The notes under the pieces are model-generated. The model was not told where the DNA came from, did no database searches, and saw only the letters and a list, made by a program, of their open reading frames with translations. Positions 15,830 through 24,435 of a DNA stretch of 44,003 nucleotides are shown here, piece by piece. Origin of the DNA: Myxococcales bacterium. Its GTDB lineage: Bacteria; Myxococcota_A; UBA9042; JABWCM01; BTVJ01. Numbering within the stretch: position 1 is the first letter of the stretch; every line of letters starts with the position of its first letter. Location: assembly GCA_045863395.1 (NCBI GenBank), contig BTVJ01000060.1:1-44003 (forward strand). The letters run 5' to 3'. Both the position numbers and the translations under genes were made by a program.

Positions 15830-17290
15830 ATGGCAGACCTTGGCATCCTGTCGGACATCCAGAACGCGCAGCTCAACATCGGCGAGCTGCGCGATCTGAA
15901 CAAGGCGCTGCGGGCGAACGCGGCTGGCGACTTCCAGAAGGGCTCGGTCGGCTACCCCCAGCAGGGCGTCGGCTACACGGGCGACCTGGCGCCGCTCGTG
16001 CCGCAGTCCATCCAGGGCACGCTCGACTCGGCGACGTTCACCCTGGACCACATCGTGTTCTGGAAGCTCCTCGCGAAGAACGACGTCACCTCGACGCTGC
16101 ACGAGAGCAACCGGGTCAATCAGCACGGCATGATGGACCTCGACCCGTTCATCGCCGAGGGCGGCGTCGGGCCCCTGAGCGAGGCCGAGTACAAGCGGCG
16201 CGTCGTGCAGATCAAGTACCTGGCCGAGCACATCGAGCTGACAGACGTGGCGACCATGGTGGGCATCACGGGCCCCAACCGCTCTGCCCTGGCGCAGCGC
16301 ACGCTCAACGGCACGGCGGCCATCCTCGGCAAGCTGGAGAGGGCGCTGTTCAGCGCCGACTCCGACCTGAGCCCGCTCCACTTCGACGGCCTCTACAAGC
16401 AGATCCGCTCCGGGGCCCCCAACAACTACAAGGACAAGCGTGGCGCGCCGACCAGCCCGCAGGAGCTGATGGAGCGGCTCGCCATGACCGGCGCCAGCCC
16501 CAACTTCGGCTTCCCCACCCACGTGTTCGTCGAGCCGGCCGTCTTCTCTGCGCTCTCGCAGATCGCCACGTCCTACGGTCGGCACACGGAGATGGCCTCG
16601 GCCAACGGGGCGCAGGTGGTCTCCTTCGGGAACTCGGAGATCTACATCAACGGTCCCACGGGGCGTGTCCGCGTGCTCCCGGTCCCGCTGATGGCGCCGC
16701 CGCGGCAGCCCAACACGCAGGCGTTGGGGGCCAAGGCGCCCACGCTGAACCTGGGCATGCTCACCCCGTCGGTCGTGGCGGGCAGCAACCCCCTGTTCAC
16801 GGCGGGCGACGCCGGCGACTACTGGTACGTCCTCGTGGCCGTCGGCGACAAGGGGGTGAGCGCGCCCATCACGCTCGGAGCGGCCGCTTCCATCGGTGCC
16901 GGCGGGAAGTTCCGTCTCGACGTCGACGACTCCGGCGCGCCGACGAGCGGGGACAACTCCATCCGGTTCTACCGGCTGTTCCGGTCGCCGAAGAACGCCG
17001 CCAGCGCCAGCGCGGCATCCTGGTGCGGCTACTTCTCGCGGAACACGAGTGGCGCCGGCGGTGGCACGCGCATCGAGGACACGAACGCCGTCATCCCCAA
17101 CACGAGCCGGGTGTTCTCGGTGCAGCTCACCCCCGACGTGATGCGCTGGAACAAGCTGCTCGACTTCACGCGGCGCCCGCTGGCGCAGGTGCAGACGACC
17201 GTGCCCTTCCTCCTGCTTCTGTTCGGGGCCCTGGACGTCATGGTGCCCGAGAAGAACGACATCATGGACAACGTGTCCCTGACGCTCTGA
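15830..17290 (+). CDS. Major capsid protein (SPO1/Twort/A511-like)
   Basis: PLVPQSIQGTL..ATF...IVFWKLLAK..VTSTLHE, F.AEG, LF.ADS.LSPLHFDGLYKQI; AAGGAG RBS; canonical position. Confidence 0.9.
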   Translation: MADLGILSDIQNAQLNIGELRDLNKALRANAAGDFQKGSVGYPQQGVGYTGDLAPLVPQSIQGTLDSATFTLDHIVFWKLLAKNDVTSTLHESNRVNQHGMMDLDPFIAEGGVGPLSEAEYKRRVVQIKYLAEHIELTDVATMVGITGPNRSALAQRTLNGTAAILGKLERALFSADSDLSPLHFDGLYKQIRSGAPNNYKDKRGAPTSPQELMERLAMTGASPNFGFPTHVFVEPAVFSALSQIATSYGRHTEMASANGAQVVSFGNSEIYINGPTGRVRVLPVPLMAPPRQPNTQALGAKAPTLNLGMLTPSVVAGSNPLFTAGDAGDYWYVLVAVGDKGVSAPITLGAAASIGAGGKFRLDVDDSGAPTSGDNSIRFYRLFRSPKNAASASAASWCGYFSRNTSGAGGGTRIEDTNAVIPNTSRVFSVQLTPDVMRWNKLLDFTRRPLAQVQTTVPFLLLLFGALDVMVPEKNDIMDNVSLTL

Positions 17291-17328
17291 GACGTCGTGT
17301 CTCTGAGAGTCTGAGCCGGAAGGGTGAC

Positions 17329-17535
17329 ATGGAGCGGTGGCGGCACAAGACGTTGCGGAGCGTGAAGGTGCTCCTCGGCACCGAGGTCTATGACCTCGAC
17401 GCTGAGGGATACCTCGTCGCGCCGCCAAGCGCCGCAGCCACTGATGCGATGCGCGCCCACCCGAACTACGAAGAGCCGGTCCATCCCGCGCGGAGCGTCA
17501 ATGAGCCGGCGACGTCGCGTCGCGGTGGCAGGTAG
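17329..17535 (+). CDS. Small hypothetical protein
   Basis: ATG 17329 after GAAGGG; fills the gap after the capsid gene. Confidence 0.55.
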   Translation: MERWRHKTLRSVKVLLGTEVYDLDAEGYLVAPPSAAATDAMRAHPNYEEPVHPARSVNEPATSRRGGR

Positions 17536-17544
17536 GAGCAGACG

Positions 17545-19857
17545 ATGGACCCCATCACCAAAGAGCAAGCCGCTCGGGCTGACTTCGCGGACCCGACGGC
17601 GCGGGAGTTCCAGTACTACGAGCGACTGCGCCTCTCGGAGGTCATGCGGGAGTCGCTTGCGTCGCCTACCGTGGAGGCATTGGAGGCGACGGACGAGGCC
17701 GTGACGCTGAGTTCTCGCCCCATGGGTCCCGTGCAGGTCGAGATCGATGGCACGGCGCTGGTGGAGTGTCTCGCAGCGCCGCTGGGTGGGACCCCTGCGG
17801 TGTTGGTTGGCGCTGACTACCCGCTCGACCTGACGGGCACTCCCGGCGAGGCCATCTACGCTTCGGCCAGCCTCGGGCTCATCGTGGATGGCGAGGCTCT
17901 GCAGACGGCGACGCTGGAGGGCGAGCGTGCCAACACCGAGGGTGGCGCCGGGCCCTACGACTTGAGCGGTGAGGGGGCGGCCACCGTGGACGTGACCGTC
18001 AACGGCGGTGACCCCGTCACGGTCGAGATCGCGGCGCTCCCTGGCTACGCCGAGACGGAGACCGAGGGCCCCTGGGATGTGACGCCCGGAGGCACGGTGG
18101 AGTTCGTCGTCGACGGCGGTGTCGTGCCGATCACCGCGACCTTCAACGCCACCCCGGCTGTCCGCACCAGCGGCGCCATGGGCCCCTTCGACCTGGAGCC
18201 CGGGCAGTCCATCGTCCTGGAGGAGAACGGCGTCGAGCGCACCGCGTTGTTCGCCGCGACTGCCGCGGTCAAGACATCGCCGAACACGGGCCCGCACACC
18301 TTCGAGTCCGGCATGACGCTCAATGTCAGCGTCGATGGCGGAGAGGCCCAGACGGTGAGCTTCGGCGGGACCGCTGGCTACGCCACGTCGGCTGCTGGCC
18401 CGACGTGGAACCTGAGTGGTGGTGGCACGCTCATCTTCACACGCAACGGCGCCGAGCCGGGTGGGCCGGGTGATGTCACCGTGACGTTCGCGAACGAGGA
18501 CTTCGTGGACGCCAGCGCCGCGACCGCCGTCGAGATCGCGGCGAAGATCGGGGCGCACCCGTCCTTCATGGGGTCGGCGTGGTTCGTTCAGACGGTAGAC
18601 GGCGATACGAAGGTCCGTGTGTTCTCCGGCACCGAGGGCTCATCGTCTGCCGTCGCCGTGGGAGGGACCTTCGCCGCGACGCTGTCCTTCACGCCGACGG
18701 CCGGGACGGGCTTCGCGGCGGACATCGCCGCGGCGACGTCCAGCGAGGTCGCAGCCCGCCTGGACGCGATCTTGACGGGCGCATCGGCCGCGGCGTCGAT
18801 GGGCGGGGTGATGGCGATCACGTCCGACACGCGCGGCACCGGCTCCAGCATCGAGGTGTCCGCAGGGGCGACGGCGACGATGCTCGGGTTCTCCGCCACG
18901 CCGGCCGTCGGCACGGGCAACGTTGCCAACATCGACGCGGTGAGCGCGGCGGAGGTCGCAGATGCGCTCAACGTCGTGCTGGAGGACGCGACCGCAGAAG
19001 TCACGGAGACCGAGGCCGTGCGCATCACCACGGACCGCGCTGGCACCGGCCAGACCATCGAGGTCACGGGCGGGACGGCGAACGCCGTGCTCCAGTTCGC
19101 GACGGAGCTGGTCGCCGGCGAGGGGTTCGCGGAGGACGCTTCCGCTGCGGACGCAGCAGAGGTTGCGGCCGTCCTGGCGGACGCCGTGGGCCTGTCTGGG
19201 ACCGTGGCCATCATCAACAACAAGCCCCGCGTGCAGGGCAACATCTACGGTGCGGACGGGGAGGTGACCGTCACGGGCGGGACCGCGGCCGACACGTTCG
19301 CGTTCCAGGTGACGCTCGGCTCCGGTGTCGTCGACAACCTGGAGGCGGTGTCCGCCGAGGAAATCGAAGCCATCTTCGACGACGCGCTCGACGGTGTCGC
19401 GTTCGTGGCGCAGGGCGAGACGGGGCCCGTGCTGACCACGTACCGCTTCGGCACGGGCGCGAGCCTGGAGCTCGTCGGCGCAGCCTTCCTCGCAGAGGTG
19501 GGCTGGGTCGACTCCGCCGGCGTGGGCAACGTCGCTGACCTGTCCGCGGTCACGGCTGACGAGGCCAAGGCGGTCATCGAGGACGAGATCTCCGGCGTCG
19601 TAGTGGATGCCGACGCCGACCACCTGTCCATCGCGACCGTCTCGACGGGCCCAGATGCCACGCTCGCAGTGGGCGAGGCGTCCGACGCGGCCTTCGGCCT
19701 GGAGGGCGAGGCGCAGGGCGAGGAGAGCGGCGGCGAGATCTCCGTGCCAGCGGGGCGGTTCTACGTCTCCCCCGCCGAGTCCACCCAGGTCCGCCTGCCG
19801 GTCGGCACGGTCGACGGCACTCTCGTGACGGTGAAGTACGCGGCGATGCCAGCGTAG
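17545..19857 (+). CDS. Acidic repetitive virion protein (decoration/fibre-like), paralog A
   Basis: Repeated GxGNVAx[IL]xAV[ST]AxE units; N- and C-termini shared with the next gene. Confidence 0.75.
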   Translation: MDPITKEQAARADFADPTAREFQYYERLRLSEVMRESLASPTVEALEATDEAVTLSSRPMGPVQVEIDGTALVECLAAPLGGTPAVLVGADYPLDLTGTPGEAIYASASLGLIVDGEALQTATLEGERANTEGGAGPYDLSGEGAATVDVTVNGGDPVTVEIAALPGYAETETEGPWDVTPGGTVEFVVDGGVVPITATFNATPAVRTSGAMGPFDLEPGQSIVLEENGVERTALFAATAAVKTSPNTGPHTFESGMTLNVSVDGGEAQTVSFGGTAGYATSAAGPTWNLSGGGTLIFTRNGAEPGGPGDVTVTFANEDFVDASAATAVEIAAKIGAHPSFMGSAWFVQTVDGDTKVRVFSGTEGSSSAVAVGGTFAATLSFTPTAGTGFAADIAAATSSEVAARLDAILTGASAAASMGGVMAITSDTRGTGSSIEVSAGATATMLGFSATPAVGTGNVANIDAVSAAEVADALNVVLEDATAEVTETEAVRITTDRAGTGQTIEVTGGTANAVLQFATELVAGEGFAEDASAADAAEVAAVLADAVGLSGTVAIINNKPRVQGNIYGADGEVTVTGGTAADTFAFQVTLGSGVVDNLEAVSAEEIEAIFDDALDGVAFVAQGETGPVLTTYRFGTGASLELVGAAFLAEVGWVDSAGVGNVADLSAVTADEAKAVIEDEISGVVVDADADHLSIATVSTGPDATLAVGEASDAAFGLEGEAQGEESGGEISVPAGRFYVSPAESTQVRLPVGTVDGTLVTVKYAAMPA

Positions 19858-19868
19858 GAGGCTGACCC

Positions 19869-21482
19869 GTGCCACAGCTCAACTCACTGACTCAGCAGCA
19901 GGCCGCGCACGGCGACGATACCAGCGCGGTCAACCGGGCGCTGCAGCCCTTCGAGCGCATCCGCTACCTGGAGTCGGCGCGGGACAATGCGCGGGCCCCC
20001 ACGTCGGAGACACTCGGCGCCGTCGATGGGGCCGTCACCCTGACCCGCACGCCCCTCGGACCGGTCATGGCCGAGATCGCCGGAGCACGGCTCGATGAGC
20101 ACCTGGCGATGCCCACGGCGGCGGGCGTTCCGGCCGAGCTCGTCGGCAACGCCTTCCCGCTCGACCTGGAGCCAGGGGACCAGGTCGTCCTCTCGGTCAA
20201 CGGCGCCGCCGCGCAGAGCGCGACGTTCACCGCGACTGCTGCTCAGAGCGTCGCGGCGGAGGCGCCGCCCTATGACTTGGAGCCTGACGACACGCTGACC
20301 CTGGCAGTCGACGGCGGCGCCCCCCAGACGGCCACGTTCACTGCCGGCCCGGCCGAGGTTACGTCAGGGGCCGAGCCCTACGCCCTGATCCCTGGAGACT
20401 CTCTGACCGTCAAGGTCAACGACGGGGCAGCACAGACAGTCGTGTTCGAGGGGACTCAGGGGCTCGCGCTCTCAGCCCCTGGCCCGTGGGACCTCACCGG
20501 CGGCGGCACCCTGACAGTCGCGGTCGATGGCGGAGCCCCGATCGAGGTGAACTACGTCAACGGTGACTTCGGCGACCCTGCCGTCGCTACCGCCAACGAG
20601 GTCGCGGCGAAGATCGTTGGTGCTGTCGATGACGTCGAGGTGCTCGTGGGGAGCGACGACACCATCCGGGTGCAGTCGCCCACCTACGGGTCAGGGTCCG
20701 CCGTCGCAGTCGCCGGGACGCTGGCAGCGACCATCGGATGGACGCCCACCGCCGGGACCGGGTCGGCGGCCGACCTGGCCGCCGCATCTGCCGTCGAGGT
20801 CGCAGCGCGGATCAGCGCCGCACTCGAAGGGGCCTCAGCGGCCGATGACGCAGGGGCCGTGACGATCACGACCGACCGACGGGGGACGTCCGCCGCGGTG
20901 GAGGTCACCGGCGGGTCGGCCAACGCAGCGCTGGGGTTCGCCACCGACCCGGAGACCGGGACTGGCAACGTCGCGGACATCGACGCCGTCACCGCTGAGG
21001 AGGTGGTCGAGATCTGCGACGGCGCCTACGACGCCACCGTGGTCGTTGACCTCCACGAGGGGGCTCCCCGCTTCACCACCGGCCACCGTGGCAGCGATGC
21101 CTTGTTGGAGTTCGGCGGCGCCGCCAAGGCGGTGCTCGACCCTCCGGATGCGGAGGGGACCGGCAACGTCGCGGACATCGACGCAGTCACCGCTGAGGAA
21201 GCCAAGGCGGTCATCGAGGGGCTCTCTGGCGTCGAAGTGGACGACGGCGAGGCTGCGCTGACGATCCGCACGACGTCGGGCGGGACCACCTCGGTGCTGC
21301 TGTCCACGTCGAACGCCCGCTTCGGATTGCCCACGGCGGTCGCTCAGGGGGCGGGTGGCGGTCTGGACGTGCAGGCCGGGCGGTTCTACATCAACCCGGC
21401 GGCCCCGCGGGTCCTGCACCTGCACTCCGGCGTCGACGACGGCACCGCTGTGCGTGTCAAGTACGCTGCGCTGCCGGTCTGA
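19869..21482 (+). CDS. Acidic repetitive virion protein (decoration/fibre-like), paralog B
   Basis: GTGNVADIDAVTAEE repeats; AGRFY...DGT.V.VKYAA C-terminus as in paralog A. Confidence 0.75.
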   Translation: MPQLNSLTQQQAAHGDDTSAVNRALQPFERIRYLESARDNARAPTSETLGAVDGAVTLTRTPLGPVMAEIAGARLDEHLAMPTAAGVPAELVGNAFPLDLEPGDQVVLSVNGAAAQSATFTATAAQSVAAEAPPYDLEPDDTLTLAVDGGAPQTATFTAGPAEVTSGAEPYALIPGDSLTVKVNDGAAQTVVFEGTQGLALSAPGPWDLTGGGTLTVAVDGGAPIEVNYVNGDFGDPAVATANEVAAKIVGAVDDVEVLVGSDDTIRVQSPTYGSGSAVAVAGTLAATIGWTPTAGTGSAADLAAASAVEVAARISAALEGASAADDAGAVTITTDRRGTSAAVEVTGGSANAALGFATDPETGTGNVADIDAVTAEEVVEICDGAYDATVVVDLHEGAPRFTTGHRGSDALLEFGGAAKAVLDPPDAEGTGNVADIDAVTAEEAKAVIEGLSGVEVDDGEAALTIRTTSGGTTSVLLSTSNARFGLPTAVAQGAGGGLDVQAGRFYINPAAPRVLHLHSGVDDGTAVRVKYAALPV

Positions 21483-21500
21483 GCCGAGGAGGGTCTGCTC

Positions 21501-22262
21501 GTGGCGCTGACCGAAGTCCTCACACCTGATTGGCTCAAGCGCCGCTTCCTCGTCGGCATCGACCTGACGGACGACAACCGGGACCCATACCCGGACGAGC
21601 TGTTCGAGCACGCGATTGCAGGTGCCGTTGGGGTCCTGGAGGCGGAGCTGGACCTCGTGCTGCATGATATCGTGCAGGTCAACGATGAGCGGAAGGACCT
21701 CCAGGACTCCGACTTCGAGGGCTTCTACCTGCTGCACCTCAATCAGCGCCCCGTTCGGGAGGTCACCAAGTTGGCGGTGCGCTTCGGGAACTTCCCAGAG
21801 ACGGAGCTCCCCCTGTCGTGGGCACAGGTGGCGACGCCTCTGGCCGGTCAGATACAGATCATGCCTGGCCCTGACGGCATCGCGTCGTGGTCCTTCTCTG
21901 GCTCGGCGCTGTTGTTCGGTGGCGGGGCCCTGACCAACCGGTCCTACACCCCAGGGTGGTGGCGGGTCTCGTACAAGGCGGGCTACGACGGTGAGGAGCA
22001 CCCGGTGCCGGCGGAGATCATCGATGCCATCGGGCTCGTCGCCGCGCTGCTGCCACTCGACACGGCCGGCGACTTGATCGTTGGCGCGGGCATCGCCAGC
22101 AAGTCCGTCTCCATCGACGGGTTGGGCTCGACCATCAACACCACCAGCTCCGCGACGAACAGCGGCTACGGGGCCAGGTCTGGCCAGTATCAGGACCGGC
22201 TGAAGATGACGCTGAAGGCCATCCGGCGGCGCTACCGCCCTCTCAACATGGCGGTGATGTGA
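21501..22262 (+). CDS. Putative head-tail adaptor (neck) protein
   Basis: GAGIASKSVSIDG..STINTTSSATNSGYGAR motif seen in SPO1/Twort-like neck proteins; position. Confidence 0.7.
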   Translation: MALTEVLTPDWLKRRFLVGIDLTDDNRDPYPDELFEHAIAGAVGVLEAELDLVLHDIVQVNDERKDLQDSDFEGFYLLHLNQRPVREVTKLAVRFGNFPETELPLSWAQVATPLAGQIQIMPGPDGIASWSFSGSALLFGGGALTNRSYTPGWWRVSYKAGYDGEEHPVPAEIIDAIGLVAALLPLDTAGDLIVGAGIASKSVSIDGLGSTINTTSSATNSGYGARSGQYQDRLKMTLKAIRRRYRPLNMAVM

Positions 22263-23083
22263 TGCTCCTGCCGGGCCTCAAGCCGAAGAAGCTGGAGCCG
22301 CGCGTTGACTTCGCGCCCGTCGAGCTCAGGAAGGAGCTCTGGGCAAAGGGCCTGCGGTTGCGCTGGGAGATGGCGGCAGAGTGCCCCTGCGGGCGGCTGC
22401 TCACTGCGGGCGGCATCACCGGAGGCACGCGGGAGAAGCGCACGGACTGCCCGGGCTGTAAGGGCCTGGGGCGCATCTATCACTCGGCTCAGGTCGTGCC
22501 GGGGATCGTGTCGAGCGCCGACACGAAACCCGAGCGGTTCGCTCTCTACGGAGATCTCGCCCACGGAATGGTTCGGCTCACGCTGCTGCCCGAGCACATG
22601 CCGACCTTCCTCGACCGCTTCACGGTGCTCGACAGCGTCCTCGTGTACACGGAGGTGCGGACCCGCAAGGCGACCGTCGAGTCTCTTCGCTATCCGGTCG
22701 TGACTCGGACTCTGGCTCTCGGCACGGTGGACAACCCGGAGACCCGCGAGGACGTCACCGTAGGCGTGCTGTACGCGGCCAAGGCGAGCGCCGACGGCGT
22801 CCTCGTCGTCGATCTGCAGGGGCACCCGGTCGTACTGCGCCAGGACGTGGACTTCTTCGTGACGCAGGCTGGGAGCATCGACTGGACGCCAGGAGATGCG
22901 CTCGGAACCGCGCCGGAGGCCGGTGCGCAGTATGCGATGCACTACTACGCCCACCCGGTCTACGTGGTGCGGAGCAATCCGTATGGCTTCCGGGACACGG
23001 TCGTCAAGACCAAGGGAGTCGCCGAGGTGGTGAATCTACCGGTGCATGCCGACTGCTGGTTCGACTTCCTGGGGGAAGGCTGA
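22262..23083 (+). CDS. Putative head-closure/neck protein
   Basis: WE.AAECPC...DCPGCKGLG motif; position after the adaptor. Confidence 0.65.
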   Translation: MLLPGLKPKKLEPRVDFAPVELRKELWAKGLRLRWEMAAECPCGRLLTAGGITGGTREKRTDCPGCKGLGRIYHSAQVVPGIVSSADTKPERFALYGDLAHGMVRLTLLPEHMPTFLDRFTVLDSVLVYTEVRTRKATVESLRYPVVTRTLALGTVDNPETREDVTVGVLYAAKASADGVLVVDLQGHPVVLRQDVDFFVTQAGSIDWTPGDALGTAPEAGAQYAMHYYAHPVYVVRSNPYGFRDTVVKTKGVAEVVNLPVHADCWFDFLGEG

Positions 23084-23814
23084 TGGCAGCGCCCCGCATC
23101 GATCTGGTCGCAATCGCCGGGCTGCGACCTTCGGACCGGCGCCAGCGCATGCGCGCCATCGGGCAGGTCATCCAGCGTGACTGGAAGGCCGAGGCGGACG
23201 CTGCGCTGCGGAGCTTTCGGGGCGTGTACAAGAAGAACATCGTGCTCCAGGAGGCCACCGACCGCCACGTCCGAATCGAGCTGAAGGGGACGCGCCCCAA
23301 CATGGCCGAGCAGGGCATGGGCGCTGGCGGCGTGGGTACGGAGGGGCCCTACGACATCCGCCGGTTCGTGCTCAAGGCGGGCACCAAGAGCCTCAAGCAG
23401 GGCAAGAAGGGGCTCTACTTGAACGTGCCCTTCGGCTACTCGTTGGCGGACGTGCGCGCTCTCGGCGGTGCAGAGACCGCCAAGGCAGCGAAGGCGCTAG
23501 CTCCCAGCGGCAGCCGCATCGACATCGACGCGGTGAGGCGGTTCATCCGCGCGCACGGCCGGAGCGATTACTTCGCGCGATCCGGTGCACGCGTAGCGTG
23601 GGGCGGGCGCCTGGGAGTCGGCGCTCCCGCTCGCCTTGTGGGTCTCATCCGGTACGAGAAGACCTACGCGCGGGCGACTCAGAACTCGCCCTTCATGACC
23701 TGGCGCCGCATGTCCGAGGGCGGCAAGCCATGGATGCACCCGGGCCTCAAGGGTCATCACCTGGCCCGCCGCGTCCTGGCCAGAGTCCCACAGATCGTAG
23801 CGATGGTGTCCTAG
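23083..23814 (+). CDS. Putative neck/tail-completion protein
   Basis: Basic protein with YLNVPF and FMTWRRMS...WMHPG motifs; coupled to neighbouring genes. Confidence 0.6.
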   Translation: MAAPRIDLVAIAGLRPSDRRQRMRAIGQVIQRDWKAEADAALRSFRGVYKKNIVLQEATDRHVRIELKGTRPNMAEQGMGAGGVGTEGPYDIRRFVLKAGTKSLKQGKKGLYLNVPFGYSLADVRALGGAETAKAAKALAPSGSRIDIDAVRRFIRAHGRSDYFARSGARVAWGGRLGVGAPARLVGLIRYEKTYARATQNSPFMTWRRMSEGGKPWMHPGLKGHHLARRVLARVPQIVAMVS

Positions 23815-24426
23815 ATGTTCGACATGTTCACCCTGCTGGCGCTGCAAGACGGATGGGCGCGGCTCGCCGCTGACGGGGCCGCGTTCCGTGCGCTGTTCGC
23901 CCACATGCCCATCGAGGAGGGCCTGCTCGATGAGTGGCACGGGAAGCTGGCCCCCGGAGGAGCTCCGGATGCTGTGAGCTTCCGGGCGGCGTGGGCCCCT
24001 GGCGCCGAGCCGCCACCGGTGGTGGTCGTGCAGCTCCTGGAGGAGCCCCTCGAGAAGGACTGCCTGGCCTACTCGGGCGGCATCGTGGATGGACGCGAGC
24101 AGATCGAGATGGCGCTCAAGGAGACGGCGGTCGTGACCATCTATGCTCAGCACCAGGAGCTGCTGCGGGCGCTGCATGTCGTCGTGAGGAGCATCCTGGT
24201 CAGCGCCTTCAAGTGGTTCATCGAGGTTGGCTATGAGTCGCTCGACTACGCCGGTGGTGGTGACATCCAGCCCGAGCGCGACCTGATGCCGGAGGACCTG
24301 GGCATCTATGTGCGCACTCAGCGCTGGGTGGCCATCAGCAAGCCCGTGCTGGGGACCTTCGACGTGGACCCAGGCAAGCCATGGAGAGTGCGCGCGGCCC
24401 CGGTGGGCGGCGGCGTGACCCTATAG
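23815..24426 (+). CDS. Putative tail terminator protein
   Basis: Position immediately before the sheath gene, about 200 aa, strong codon bias. Confidence 0.55.
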   Translation: MFDMFTLLALQDGWARLAADGAAFRALFAHMPIEEGLLDEWHGKLAPGGAPDAVSFRAAWAPGAEPPPVVVVQLLEEPLEKDCLAYSGGIVDGREQIEMALKETAVVTIYAQHQELLRALHVVVRSILVSAFKWFIEVGYESLDYAGGGDIQPERDLMPEDLGIYVRTQRWVAISKPVLGTFDVDPGKPWRVRAAPVGGGVTL

Positions 24427-24435
24427 GAGGAAGAG

